DNA from: Eukaryota sp. GEM-RC1 | Lineage: Eukaryota | Length of the DNA: 64,000 nt | Assembly (NCBI GenBank): GCA_040285855.1 | Contig: JAUFOQ010000016.1 | Span: 1,302,001 to 1,366,000, forward strand | Direction: 5' to 3' | Shown here: positions 1 to 13,071 of the stretch, piece by piece | Layout of the letters: every line of letters begins with the position of its first letter | Position numbering within the stretch: the first letter of the stretch is position 1 | Notes under the pieces: model-generated | What the model saw: only the letters and a program-made list of their open reading frames with translations | Databases searched by the model: none | What the model was told of the DNA's origin: nothing | Program-made: the position numbers and the translations under genes

Positions 1-2073
1 ATCTTTCTGATTAGGTTTGGTTTGTTTTGTAATGAACTCTTTGTATTTGTCAGGTCTTGTTTGATTATTGTTATGTAACACCATTGCTTGTAATTATTTC
101 TGTATGTCTAAATATAAACCTTTCTTGGCGTTCAGCAATAATTTATCAACTCTAGTCGTTGTTTAATCATATACAGTATATTCTTTTTTAGAAAAGAGAT
201 GTTGGACTCGTTGTTCTAGGGTCTGGGAATAAATATTTGTATTTAATATTTAAACTAAATATGGATATTTACGGAAACCGGCTATTGATGGAGGGTACAA
301 AAATACATATCATAGTTAAAAAAAGTAAAAACAAATACATATCATATTAAAAGGAAATTATGTGAAAATGTGTTGTTCGCTAACTATTGGAAAAAATCCC
401 TTTGGTTTGACCACATTCTCGTTGAATAGATCACTGTGTCTACACTAAAATAATTCCTTCTTAACACTGAAACCTGTCTGGAATGTACACACAAAACCTG
501 CAGAGGTAGACTTAGAACGTGTTAGATTACGTTTTTGAAGTGTTGTGTTTTTCAAGAGGATAAGGGTACCAGTTTATGAACAGAAAATAAAGGATAAAGG
601 ATAAAAGTGAAAAAATGGTGTTAACTTGGGGCGGTAACATTGTGAAGTGTGGTGACTTCCTTATTTCCATTGAATAAATAATATAAATAAATGCAATTAT
701 TTATTTCCGCCAATATGCAATAACTCATATTGATTTAAGAGTTCTCTTCGATATTGTATTTCAATGTTTTTTCCTGACCTCTACTCTGTACAGTACAAAC
801 GACGTGAAAACAATTTATTGGGCTTGCAAGATTTTGATATGTGTAATAGTTGTTTTTGATTGCAACAAATTTTCCAATGATTGTCCATTAACAATACACT
901 GGCAATAATGCTTTGTTAAGAAATGCCCATTTTTTAGTCATTAACTTATTCAGAATGCTTAAAGACAGTTTATTGATGGAGGGGTACAAAAATACATGTC
1001 ATAATAAAAGCTGTGAAACACTAGACACCGAAAATTCCTGGTCAACAGTACCACAGTTTTTATACAACATTGTGGATATTGATTTAAAAATATTAGGCAT
1101 CATTTTTCAAAATCGACTTCACCAACACCCTTTGAAGCAGTACTTTCCTTCATTATTAAGGCTGTTCAAAAGACAGGATATGATCATCAGAACGTGGGTC
1201 AGGTTGCCTCACATTGGGTCTCGGGCTATGTCAAGGTATATCAGATTCGGTCTTCTCTGCTCAATGTCTGTGCTCTAGTTCAAAATTATGAAAGATTGAC
1301 ATCATACACTAGCTAAATATTCTGAGATGTGTGGTTTATACTATCTTGTAGAGGTGTGAATGACACAGTTTACAAGTTTACGATGATCAAGCTCTTGTCT
1401 GTCTGAGTGCAGGGTTAGAATTTGGTTTTGAATTGAAAGATATAAAAAGTAGTTATTTTACTATTTTGCTTTTAACTATTTATTCTAAATGTAATAGAAA
1501 AAGCAACTAAAATTTGATATCGTTAAAAGAACACCCTTGCTATAAAATTTTACAACAGCTTTGTCCACTTAGAAGGAACTCACAGCTATTACAGCTCTGG
1601 AGATGATTAGGGGAATTGTTTTTCCCACTGTTTTTCCACCCAACGTTTTTGAAAATAAGGTAAAAACAATGCGATTGATCCATAACATATGATCAAAACG
1701 TTTGTTCATCCTATTTTTTAAACTTATTTCCGAAATTGTATAAATAATTCAATGCACTTTGACCAAAGCGACCATAGATTGATACAGCAAAAGCGCATAA
1801 TTTAGAGCATCAATGATTCTTTGTCCTTAACCTGTTTGGCTTGTTCAGAAATGTCTAAAGGGGAAGTTTCAGAGTAAACATTCTTTAAGGATGTCATTTT
1901 ACAAACATCCACAGACACTACATCGAATCCATAGTTATCTTTCGAATAATTTTTCTTGTGTATATACATATTAATTCTGAATGCCATATGGACAATTCCA
2001 AGTTTACTTCCACAAAAGTCCAACTTTATTGATAAAAAATACAAATGTTTTGAGAAATTCACGTGTTTTAACT

Positions 2074-2550
2074 CTAAAACTGGGCGTGTTGTCGAGTGAA
2101 TTCACGTGCTTCCTTGAGATAAGTTGCTTTGTCAGATGCATATAAAGCCCCAAGTCTTTCGTCAAGTGGATCATCAGGATTAGGCTCCTGGAGAAGAGAC
2201 TGAATAGAGAGAAGAACAGAAGTAATTTGTAAAGCGCAACTCCAGTCAGTTTTGAGGATATCAAGACAGATGCGGCCAACATGGTCGATGTTCATGTGAT
2301 AAATAGGTGTAACAAATCGACATTTGGGAACTTGTAAAGGACTACGGTCAAAAGCAATCAAAAGATAGACAAACTATCCGTCAGGAAGAAAGACTTCAAC
2401 TGTGAAAACACCTTCTTCATAGGGTGAGTCTGGAGGTCCTTTTATTTGGCAAGTAAGAGAACGACAGTTGTCAGGATCTACCGAGACAGAGATACCATCA
2501 ATTTTCTCGCGTAGTAGTCGAGCAATCTCTTTGTTTATCCGGGCAGCCAT
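2074..2550 (-). CDS. UBC13: Ubiquitin-conjugating enzyme E2, Ubc13/UBE2N-like; one 33-nt intron (2342-2374)
   Basis: Removing GTTTGT...CCGTAG joins FLPDG-YPLQVPKCRF; active site YHMNIDHVGRICLDILK; SCALQITSVLLSIQSLL resembles Ubc13. Confidence 0.85.
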
Positions 2551-2611
2551 ATTGAGTCGTAGTAAGTGAATTATACACATTCTCCTATAATAGTCCCAGA
2601 CCAATGTTTCG

Positions 2612-3563
2612 ATGAACACCTTCAATGTACTGGCTATCACCTTTAATCTCAATCAACATACCATATCATCATCAGTTCATATTCCCTCTCTTTCTATATG
2701 TGATGTTGTAATTATAGCCACTCAAGAAGCTACTGGAGCTCAGCATCGTCAATTTGTTGAACTTGTAACATACCAAGCTGATTTAGTTCCAATCTACCAT
2801 ACCCAGATGCTTCTTGTTGGACTGTCTCTGTTATGCAGACCTTCTCTCTCAAACTCAATCACATGTATTTCCTCTAAACGTATCCCTGACGGTTTAGGCA
2901 ACTTCCCTAACAAAGGAGGTGTGGCTGTCCACTTTTGCCTTTTCCAAGTTCCCTTTTCAGCTTACAGTATCCACCTCCTTCACGGAGAAGATCCTTCTCG
3001 ATTTCCCTCAAGATGCCGTTCTCTCTATAAAATAGCCACCTCCCCTTCTCCTTGTTGTTCTCACTCTGGAACCCGACCTGATACTGACAGAACCTCTCTC
3101 TACCTTGGAGACTTCAATTTCCGTGTTCATGGAGCTGTAAGATCTCTAACAAACACTCTAATGACTAGGAACGACATTGATGTTCTCCTACACAATGATC
3201 AATTTTCTAAACTTAGTCGTAAACCTCCTTCTTGTAAAACTGAAAGGGAACTTTTATTCATTTCTCTTTTAAAAGAAGGGTCCATTGACTTTCCCCCCTA
3301 CTTATAAGTATGATGTGGGTACAAATTCATTTGATTCTTCAGTGAAGCAGAGGTGTTTAGCTTGGACAGATAGGGTCTTGATTAATGAAAGATGTGGAGT
3401 TAATGTTGACGTCGTTGAGTACAATTCTCTTCATGATTTGAAGTGTTCTGACCATAAGCCTGTTTATGCTCTTCTTTTGGTTGATTTAAGTAATGTTGAA
3501 TTGACCAATGTTGAAGAAGAACAGGGTGCAAGGATTGTTACGAGAACTTGTTCAATTCTTTAA
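2612..3563 (+). CDS. Inositol polyphosphate 5-phosphatase; frameshift in the C-run near 3295
   Basis: Motifs GNFPNKGGV, LGDFNFR, FPPTYKYD, AWTDRVL and SDHKPV span two ORFs joined at a C6 homopolymer. Confidence 0.9.
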
Positions 3564-4275
3564 AGAGAGAGTGGTTGACAGAGTTGTGGTTTACATCTTC
3601 ATTGGTTTCATGGGTTTTGAGTTTCAAAAACAAGATTGTATTTATAGTTCTTATCAGTTGTGAATATCATATATAACACTTTAAATCATTAACAAACATC
3701 CCGAAAATATTGGACCTAAAAATGTGGGATCGTACAATTGTATATACAGTATCGTTGGCGAATTAATTATTAATAGGAATTTGTGTTAAAGGAAGCCACT
3801 TTTTTTGAGAAGGATGCTGTCTATGTTGACATCTGGAATAAAAACCAACTTTTTTTAAACAAAAAACACTGATAACTTTATTTATTGAAAATAATGAGAC
3901 CTAGATAAAACATAAAAGCAGGCCTGATTAATCCTCACATTAGGTTAAACCTAAAAGAGAGACTCTAAAATTATTCCTTCCATTCATCAGATGCCAGAAC
4001 CAATCATGCTTGGAATGATTGTCCAATGAACATTAGTTAGGGTTACTATAATAATTATCAAGTAATTATTATGGACTATTGGTCTAAAACTTTTAAGGAA
4101 TTGAACTCAGTATCAAAATAAAAAAAATGGAGACTCATTGACAGAATTAACAGTATGTCCCTCAAAAACTCATCTGACAGATTCTTGAATATGTCAAAGG
4201 CCAAGAACATAACAATAATAAAATAGAATATACAACTAACAATTCCTCTTCATATTGATATTCTTCAAATTTTCT

Positions 4276-4887
4276 TTAACGACCAGCATTAATCTCTTTA
4301 AGAAATCTTTTCATTTTTCCAATCTTTTCGTAACCAAAAGAAATATCATTTTTTGTTAGAAAGTTCTCCAGAAATGATTTTACTTCATTAATTTCCTCAA
4401 TGCTAGCCTCACATTCCAAAGAATAGGAAACACTAAGCGGGAAGTGAGTTTCATCCATTTCAATACTATATGGGAAATGCAAAACACGAAGAACATATCT
4501 AATATTCAACAATGAACCTAGATATGAAACCTCATCGCTTGGCCTACACTTGGTAATTTCCTGAACAAAGGAATCACTCAGGAGATCATTGGGATGGCTG
4601 ATAAAGTGATCAATACAAGAAGAATCTATTGGAATCTCAAACTCGTCCGTTTGCGAAACACCCTTCTTCAATTTACCGTTCTGTTTGATGGTAAGAAAGC
4701 CAGACAGTGAAGATGTTGAATTGTCTTCTTCTAGGCGTAGACGTAGACGTTGATGTCCAGAAGAAAATTTAATGATAAAGTAATGATTTGTTTGTCTTAG
4801 GGTACGAACAGGAGGTCCAGCCAAAGATATCATTCGCTGGAAACCAGTTTCTGTTAAGGAAAGCTTCACTTCGATTTCAGATGGCAT
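4276..4887 (-). CDS. CYTH / triphosphate tunnel metalloenzyme domain protein
   Basis: N-terminal EIEVK (ExExK), QTNHYF, LRLR, LTIK, EFE, MDETHF, LECE. Confidence 0.85.
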   Translation of the reverse strand: MPSEIEVKLSLTETGFQRMISLAGPPVRTLRQTNHYFIIKFSSGHQRLRLRLEEDNSTSSLSGFLTIKQNGKLKKGVSQTDEFEIPIDSSCIDHFISHPNDLLSDSFVQEITKCRPSDEVSYLGSLLNIRYVLRVLHFPYSIEMDETHFPLSVSYSLECEASIEEINEVKSFLENFLTKNDISFGYEKIGKMKRFLKEINAGR

Positions 4888-5455
4888 CAGATAATAGAAC
4901 AAAATGTCAATCGAAAAGAAAGAGAAAAAATTGAAGAAAAAATGCAGAAATGTTATAAGTGTGCAAACTGTCCGAAATTAGAGGGCAATTCAGTTGAAAA
5001 AGAGTCAGACATTGTTTATTAACTAAAGACGCAGTAGAGCAGATGTAAAGAACAAGTAGAATGAGCAATGCATCTTATCAAAAATTTGCACACGTATAAC
5101 ATCACCCGAAAAAATGACATAGAATGTGAATCTAAAGAAATGGAACTTCTTCGAGATTTAAAATTGTTATGCCATGATGAGTCAATCTATTTATTCAGAA
5201 GGGTTAATAGTTCAGCAACTAGAAGCATTTGATTCAAGAATTGTACGATCTAAGCATTAAAGCTTCGATTATTCTTTTGTCTTTTGAAACTAGAAAAAAT
5301 ATTGATTATCATTTTCTGGAGTTTTTGTTGCAATTCAAGAAAGTAAAGTGTGACATCGCATAGAATTGGTGTTGAAGAACATTTCTGTTACAATGATTCA
5401 GCACTCGTCAATTTCCAGAGAATATCCCTACTACAACACCACAGTTTACATACAT

Positions 5456-6433
5456 CTAATAATCATTATCCTCAAAGTCCAGATTGCATATCTGGAAATG
5501 GTCACCTTCCTTATCCTCATAATGTCTGCCAAGAGATAATACAGCGCTAGATACAGAAGTCATCATCCCTTTAAAGATAGCAAACACAATTCGATTTTTC
5601 CAAAATCTAAGATCAAATGTCCTAGATGTGTTTTCTTTTACAATTTTCACAAAGATTTCAAGTAATGATGTTGTAGATGATTCACCTAAAGAACCGTACA
5701 GTGAAAATACAAAAGAGTACAACAAGTAATTCGAGTGTGAAGCCGAATTCAATAATTTCAATTTGGCACAATATTTTTATTTTTTAAATTTTTCACCAAT
5801 CAACAGAGCGTTTTTAGCATTAGATTTAGCAAGTTTCTTGTTGGAATCATTACAAACATCGATAGACATAACATCAGCAATAATGAAAGAACCATCGAGA
5901 CCAGGAAATATGACATCACCACGGCTATTTCCAAACGATTTGTCGACATCTGAATCATCAAACAAACCAGCCAGAACTCGTTCTAAAAAGGAAACTATTC
6001 CAAAAGATTTACACATACAATATAATTGATCCCTTACTGAATCATGAACCTTACTTCTAAAAGAAATAAAACGGTTACAATTCAATAAATGTGTAGGTGT
6101 TACAGATTGCCCACATTGGCATTTCAAATTATGTGGAAGGTTATCAGGCCAAATAAATGACCGTAAACACATGTTTAATGACCAAGAGTTATCATCAAGA
6201 TAAAGATCGTAAACTTGAGGGATTTGAGTAATCAGACATGAAACAGAGCTATTAGAAACATCCGGTAAGACATTTGCAAAAGCGGGATTTTTTTCCTTGG
6301 CCATACCAAGTCGAACAATATAATCCAAGCTTTCAAAAATATTTGTCAGTTTCTGTTGTAAACAGCTTCCAGGAATTTGAGACACAGATTCTGGGAAACA
6401 CTGAGACCAAACGTCAAAAGGTAATTTGATCAA
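5456..6433 (-). mobile_element. 5'-truncated RLE-type non-LTR retrotransposon (CRE/R2-like C-terminus), frameshifted
   Basis: CQCG...HLLNC knuckle, HDSVRD, RGDVI...ADV (PD-D-like), FSLYGSLG; homologous to the 7133-8354 and 60621-61490 copies. Confidence 0.8.
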
Positions 6434-6582
6434 CGCTTTGATTAATAACTAACAGTGTTAGAATTAGCTTATTAAACGATCAGTACAATGGACTTTAACG
6501 ACAACAAACAGATACACACGGTCCATTTACAAACATATAACAGAGGAGTACCATCAGATTCAACAACTATTCGCTACAAACC

Positions 6583-8925
6583 TGTAGGAATATTCCATAA
6601 AAAACCATCAAACGCAGTGCATAAAAGATGAAAATCATTGAAAAATTGCAAACACGGTTAAAGTGCGAATGAAACAATGGAAAACTTACATGTAGGTTTT
6701 TGTCGAAACCAATTAATGTAAATTACTGAATGTGAATCTATTAAGTATACTTCAATTGAGTTCTTTCCTTCAAGTAGAACCACCATCTTTATTATAATTA
6801 ACAGATATTGGACGTGTTGTGTATCTCACAAAGCAAGAATTTTTCAAAACCCCTAAATTCAACCAACAAATACACACAGACAATGTACATTCCACACACA
6901 GAGCAATTGCCACAGGTCATCGTTCTCGAAGATTTACAATAGAAAAACCCAGTTTGTAGCACGCAGAAATGCACTTGTCATTTTCATCAGAAATGCCGCT
7001 CACGGATCCAATAGTGTTGTCTGTAATGGACATCCTTTGCGGGAGCCTTTGTATGTATGTTGGAATGACGTGTCAGTCATCGACGATGAGCTGTCTTCCA
7101 CTAGACGGAGCCGCATTGACTGGTGAGCTGGAGGTTCTCAGATCCTCATCTTGGTGGTATTGGTTTCACTTCGTCTAAATGGTGGACCAAATCTGCTTTC
7201 ATTGGTGGTGGTAAGAATTTTGTCTTTGAGTTCTGTAGACGGTACCCAAGTCAAGAAAATCTTCTTGTTTCGACAAGTAGTTGTTTCTTGGTAAATTTGA
7301 GATCAGAATTGTCACTAATTTCACCTGACCTCTGGCAAACTTGTTTTCCAGCAGATATTTGTGAAATTCCAGAACGATGTGTCACCTCGTTAAAATTTGC
7401 TCTTAAGAAACTCCAAAAACACCTTTTAAAACATTTTGAATGTCTGGATTTTAAAATTCGACTTGGCTCGGCCAAAGAAAAAAATCCAGCTTTCGCAAAT
7501 TTTTTAATCGATTTAAAGGACAGTTCTTCAGTTGCTTTGATTAACCAAATTCCTCAGATTTATGGTTTGTTGTTGAATGATCATCAATGGACTACAACAT
7601 TCAGACTTCGATGTTTCTTGTGGCCATCTAATTTACCCAATGATCTTCAATGCAAATGTGGTAAATTAGTTACTTTTTCTCACCTTTTGAGTTGCAATCG
7701 TTTCATTACTTATAGAACTTGTATTCATGATGCTGTTAGAGATCAAATTCATGCAATGTGTAAGTCCTACAAAATCGAATCTTTCGTTGAGCCACTGTTG
7801 AGATCACTGGAAATCAATAATTCAAAAAATAGTGATTCTGATAAGACTTTTGGTAAACGAAGAGCTGATGTTATAGTTCCATCAGTTAATGATGAACTAA
7901 CCGTTGTTGATGTGATTACTGTGGATGTTTGCAAAAAAAGTGCATTCAAGGATGCTAAAACTGAAGTTTCGCCACTGAATTCTTCAGAACAATACAAGAG
8001 AAACAAATATGATGAACCACTGACTGCTCTCAAACATATTAGACATGTTGAGTACAAATTATGTCCTTTTGCAATTTCAATTTATGGTCGACTTGGTAGA
8101 GATGCTCTTTGTTTTCTCTCTGATTTTGAGAAAGTGGTCAAAAAAGAATGAACAAGAAATTTGATTTCAAATTTTGGTTGAATCGTATTGTTTTTACAAT
8201 ATTTAAAACAATTCCTATCATGATTTCAAAAGCTCTATTAGCTCTCAGTGTTTTTTATGAAGAAAAAGCTGATGTGAGTTTTAATGGCAATGATTGTTGC
8301 TTTAATGATATTGAATTCTAGTATTTGTGTTTATTTTAATGTTTTTAATAAAGGGGTGAGCTGGAAAGCGTGTCGGTCAGTGTGATGATTGTGGGGTATG
8401 GACGAGGCCAGATTGATGGAGCAGTCATCACCCACAGCCCTGGACTAGAGGAAGATCGCAGTTCATTTTTTTTTTGAGGTGTCGTGCGTCAGGAAAGCGA
8501 CTGTGTTTGTCCATGTGGACCATTCTCTTTGTCTAGCACTGTTGTGTATCCTCTGTTATTTTTGTTGTTGTGTGGACTCGATCACCAGAAATAAGTGATA
8601 TAAGACATCTCTTTATGACTATTTCAATAAAAGATCTGTACAGAACACATGTTTGCAATATCAAAACATGAGTGTTAGGAAAGCTTACATGTAGACACTT
8701 GGAGAAGCCATAACACAATCTTCTTTATTCAATGATTGAAACCATCGTTTCTGAAACTCCTATCTCTAACAAGGAGGTTCAAGAGGCAATCTCATTGTTC
8801 TTGGACAATGAACAGAATGGACTTGATGAAAAGACTTATGTATCGATACTCTTTATAATAGTCTTGCTGAAAGTTATTGAGGAATTATGAGTTGGTCCTG
8901 TCTTATCTCTGTTTTTGGTCCACAT
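6583..8925. repeat. Dispersed ~1.1 kb repeat of unknown class, interrupted by the RLE insertion at 7133-8354
   Basis: 6583-7132 plus 8355-8925 align colinearly with the uninterrupted copy at about 55565-56750. Confidence 0.85.
7133..8354 (+). mobile_element. 5'-truncated RLE non-LTR retrotransposon with 10-11 bp target-site duplication
   Basis: CKCG..HLLSC, IHDAVRD, RADV..VDV, KRNKY, PFAISIYGRLG; GGTGAGCTGGA duplicated at 7122-7132 and 8355-8365; empty site at 56100-56110. Confidence 0.9.
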
Positions 8926-9088
8926 TTTGTAAATCTTCAAAACATGACATAGGTTCGTACCAGGGATGTAGACATCGTTCGCAACACCAGATATATTTAG
9001 TTATAAAACACTGTCACCTCCAACTGGAAAATAAACACAGAATAATATTTGGTACAATTTTATTAACAAATTTGATTGACAGAGCGAT

Positions 9089-10300
9089 TTACCGGCTCTC
9101 ATCTATCTGTAGAGAAGAAATGTCAATCCGATCATTGGAATTCTTCGGTACTATTTGTGCTAATAATTCATTCCCAATGAATTGTTTTTCGTGGTCAGAG
9201 AAGTCAAACAGAGGCGGCAGTGTCATTCCATTAGGAAGTGCTACATTATCAGCTCGCAGCTCATCAAAATAATTATGAGCCAAAGCTTCATATGCTGTCA
9301 ATCGTTTCTGGGGTTGATAAACAAGGAGCATTGAGATGAGGTCAATGGCATCTTGAGGTGTTTTAGACCTAAAAACCTAAAATAAGCAAAAACAAGCAAA
9401 CATACGCTTGACCAATTAGCATGTGAGACTGAGGGAAAATGATAGTCAGAGTACTCTGGGTTCATACAATGGATGTCTTGCGGGGAAGGAGTTCCAAGAA
9501 CCTTGATAATTTCTACAAGCTGATCAACAGCGGATTCTCCAGGGAACACAGGTTGACCTAGGAACATTTCTGCAATGACACAGCCGGCAGACCAGACATC
9601 TACCTGTGTGGTATAGTGTGATGAACCAAAGATGAGCTCAGGGGCACGATAATATCTAACATTAACAAGAAAAATCAAGAAACATACCGTGAACATATAT
9701 AAGCAACGTTTCCTTCTGATGGAACTAGTCGTTTGGCAGACCCAAAGTCACATAACTTCAACCGTCCTGAAGCAGGATCAACTAACAGATTTTGTGGTTT
9801 AATATCACGGTGACAAATGTTGAAGGAGTGTAGAAAGCCCAGCGACCGTAGCAGTTGATAGGCATAAAGTTTAACAAAAAATGGAGCCAAGGTCTGTCGT
9901 CTTTTCGCATAAAACCGGACTATTCTGTACACAGTCTCAGGCAGATACTCCATAATTAAACAAAGATAGATTTCCCCATCATTGGATCCATTTGTATAGA
10001 ACCAATGTTTAAGATGTATGACGTTTGTATGACTTAACTCTCGCATAATTGCAAGTTCTCTATTTTTGAAATGACAGTTCTCTAAAGTCTTTTTCAAAGC
10101 TAGAGGTTCTCCATTGTCAGCTTTTCCATAGTAAACGGTACCTTCAATTAGTCAAGAGAGTGTTGAGACGTACCAAAGGAGCCCTGGCCAATAGTTCTTT
10201 CAAGTAGTAGACGACGTTTCCCCGAAGAGGAATCAAAAGTTATTGTATCGCCTAAGCGAACTTCTCGCATGTTGGGTTTTGGTAGAAGATCAGATGACAT
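9089..10300 (-). CDS. GSK3: GSK3/shaggy-like protein kinase; introns 10142-10173, 9656-9687 and 9377-9405
   Basis: [66 protein letters not shown]; three GT-AG introns restore the frame. Confidence 0.95.
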
Positions 10301-10423
10301 AAAGAAAGGAAGAAGAAAAGGAGTACTAGACGGGGTTGGTTGGTTGAAGAAATTCTGAAAAAGAACTTTTTCTGTTGTACTACTACAGTCGTAGTACAGT
10401 ACATTGAAGTAGATCCAGACCTC

Positions 10424-12229
10424 ATGCATCTGCCAAAACTGCATAATGAAGAAGTCTATCATACAGTGACTCATACACTTCTCAATAAAGCCACACCTTT
10501 TCAGCAATCAATTATCAGCCTTATCAATTCTAAACTTCTTGCTCTTAGTATTAATCGGTCTGGTACACATAAACCCAAAGACCTCCTACGTCTTATACAA
10601 GACTTCATACATAAAGTCGGTTTCGTTAGTCAACGTTTCTCTCAAACAATACTTCCGTCCATCAATCTATTTTTTTCCTCAAATACTTTTACCATTTCCC
10701 TAGACGATCTCCATCAATTCAAGACCATTGCATCTATCTTTGGAACACATCTCAACTCTATTAGACTTCTTTGTCATGTTGGTTCAAGCTCTGAATGGAC
10801 CCTTGACCAGTCAACTACTTCTTCTGTCACTTCTTTGTCTTGTGTCTACTGGGGACACCCATTTGACTTCCTTTCACATGCTTCTCCGTCTTTCTGTCCC
10901 CGACTCTCTGCACTAACCGTTGAACTTGATCAGTATTCGCATCTTCCTACTTCCTTAAAAGAATCTCTGTCTATAACCACCTCTGTGTCTCTTCTAACCA
11001 TCACTAATACTCATTTTGATGGTTCTAAACTGACAGATTTTGTGGATATATTGACTGTTAATAAGTCTTTGAGAGTTGTAAAACTTTTCTGTCGATTGAA
11101 TGATGCAGCTTATATCAACATTTGCAATGCTCTTTCAAAAAATAAGTTCATTAAAGAATTTTATTTCTCAGAACATGCGACTCGTATTGAGTTACCATTT
11201 GTCAAGCTATTAATGTCCAAAACTTCTCTTAAAATTTTAAAATTTCCCCTTTTTGGACACCAATGTCCTGATATATTGACAGCTTTGAAGTCAAACAGTT
11301 CTCTTTGTTCAGTTTCCTTTACAAATACGACCTTACTGTCGGAGAAAATTGCTCAAATTTTAATCAGCAACAGATTTTTGAAATCTCTAAAATTGCATGG
11401 ATGTACAATTCGTCCTGCATTTGGCTACCTTTTCAATACTCTCCAACACTCCGAGTCATTGCTAGAACTAAGCATAACAGATACCAATTATCCTCTTTAC
11501 TATGCAAAGTTCTCAATACCTGATGGCAATTCACTTGAAACAATGTTAAAAATGAATACGTCCTTACAGTCACTAGAGATATCAAACTTCTTCTTCTCTT
11601 GTAGTACCGTAATTTCTTGTTTTTTTAAAGGTTTGTCAACTAGTTCCACCCTTAAACACCTTCGACTGTCTGGGTGTAGTTTACAGTTAGTTTTAAAATG
11701 TTATGAGGCTTTGGTGAATAATTTAAATATTCGGATTGATCTTAGACCTCACTCACTTGATTTGCAGTCTTGTGTTATTGTTTACCAAGGACCTGTATTT
11801 GATGGGGACCTGAACACGTTGCTAGATGTGATGAAATCTGGAGTCTGTCTGTCACGAGTTGATTGCGGTGATTGGTCTAGAAAAGGTTTTGATGGATTTG
11901 TAGCTTTGTGTGAGCTTTATTCAATCAATAAGTCGTTGATTACTGTAGACCTTACCCCAAACGTAATCGACGTCGATAATGGTCTATTCATTTTTGACTC
12001 TTATCCTGCACATTCCTATTGGGAAATAGGTGACGTTTCCCAATCATATCTCACCAAAGATTCAGTAATTAATCTTCATTCAGTTATTCAAACTTTTGGT
12101 CTACAAAAGGTTGTTATAAGGAATTGTCGTTTTAGTGAAGATGCTTTTGAACTGTTGAAGACAGATACAACCACTTCCTTTTCTTTTCAAAATTGTTATT
12201 CTCGTAGTGAACGTATCAATACAGACTAA
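10424..12229 (+). CDS. Leucine-rich repeat (ribonuclease-inhibitor-like) protein
   Basis: Recurring L..N.SL..L.L units (LTVNKSLRVVKL, LKSNSSLCSVSF, LKMNTSLQSLEI); first ATG at 10424. Confidence 0.65.
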   Translation: MHLPKLHNEEVYHTVTHTLLNKATPFQQSIISLINSKLLALSINRSGTHKPKDLLRLIQDFIHKVGFVSQRFSQTILPSINLFFSSNTFTISLDDLHQFKTIASIFGTHLNSIRLLCHVGSSSEWTLDQSTTSSVTSLSCVYWGHPFDFLSHASPSFCPRLSALTVELDQYSHLPTSLKESLSITTSVSLLTITNTHFDGSKLTDFVDILTVNKSLRVVKLFCRLNDAAYINICNALSKNKFIKEFYFSEHATRIELPFVKLLMSKTSLKILKFPLFGHQCPDILTALKSNSSLCSVSFTNTTLLSEKIAQILISNRFLKSLKLHGCTIRPAFGYLFNTLQHSESLLELSITDTNYPLYYAKFSIPDGNSLETMLKMNTSLQSLEISNFFFSCSTVISCFFKGLSTSSTLKHLRLSGCSLQLVLKCYEALVNNLNIRIDLRPHSLDLQSCVIVYQGPVFDGDLNTLLDVMKSGVCLSRVDCGDWSRKGFDGFVALCELYSINKSLITVDLTPNVIDVDNGLFIFDSYPAHSYWEIGDVSQSYLTKDSVINLHSVIQTFGLQKVVIRNCRFSEDAFELLKTDTTTSFSFQNCYSRSERINTD

Positions 12230-12381
12230 GTTGGGAGAAACTGTTACGTACAGAAAATACCATATCAATCTCTAGATGATCTATCGCTACTGCTCGGAGT
12301 ATTCTGCATCAATTTCATCAAAAATAACTCAACGTGACAATTTCTGTAACTGAATTCTGATACATACTTCTTGTCATCCTG

Positions 12382-13071
12382 ATGCTCATCCATTCCTTCA
12401 ACAACCTTCTTACTCAGTTTGGGTCCATGACTGACAAGTCTTTTACTTCATTTCGTTGTCTATGGGAGTCTTTGGGGGGACCACTCTGGCTAATTAAAAT
12501 ACAACATTACCGTCCATCTGTTAAAACCTTTTGTCCAGATCAACCTGATGGCCCTTTAGACCTGAATTTCGTAGATCCTGAACACGCCGCCATCCAACAG
12601 TGCTTCCAATACGTCATTTCCACCCATCTCATCCCTTCTCTTCAGAGGGACCTGTCTTCTCTCAATGGGGCTGTTTTCCTTCTCTACTGCCTCTACTTTA
12701 CTCAATATCCTCCAGTGTCTCCTATTCTCCTCTCTCGAGAAGGAGCCAGATCACTCCTCTCCTTTGATAAAAATGAACTCGCTAGCAACCAAGACGTTTA
12801 TCTCTGTTTATGTCGATTGTTTACTGTTGGCGCCATCTCTTTGATTGACAGAGTATCACTTCCTCTTTCAGTTTCTGAACCTCCTGGTCAATGTACAGAT
12901 TACGAAAGCCTAACAGCATTCCCTTTGGATGAAGCCATTCCAATAGAAGAAGCTCGGGCCGTTGACCAAGCACTCGCTGCTTATAGATCGAGGGGTAATT
13001 TGTTTGACTCTTTGGTAGATGTTGGGTCTAACTTTGCCACGGATCTTTCTTTTAATACTAGGAATAAGTAG
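12382..13071 (+). CDS. SNAPC1: snRNA-activating protein complex subunit 1 (SNAP43)-like
   Basis: LLTQF...SFTSFRCLW and GAVFLLYCLYFTQ match the SNAP43 domain pattern. Confidence 0.7.
   Translation: MLIHSFNNLLTQFGSMTDKSFTSFRCLWESLGGPLWLIKIQHYRPSVKTFCPDQPDGPLDLNFVDPEHAAIQQCFQYVISTHLIPSLQRDLSSLNGAVFLLYCLYFTQYPPVSPILLSREGARSLLSFDKNELASNQDVYLCLCRLFTVGAISLIDRVSLPLSVSEPPGQCTDYESLTAFPLDEAIPIEEARAVDQALAAYRSRGNLFDSLVDVGSNFATDLSFNTRNK

Noticed and set aside
913..1430. ORF 913-1278 and nearby coding-like sequence
   Set aside because: No ATG context or recognisable family; it overlaps short dispersed repeats and at most is a decayed fragment.
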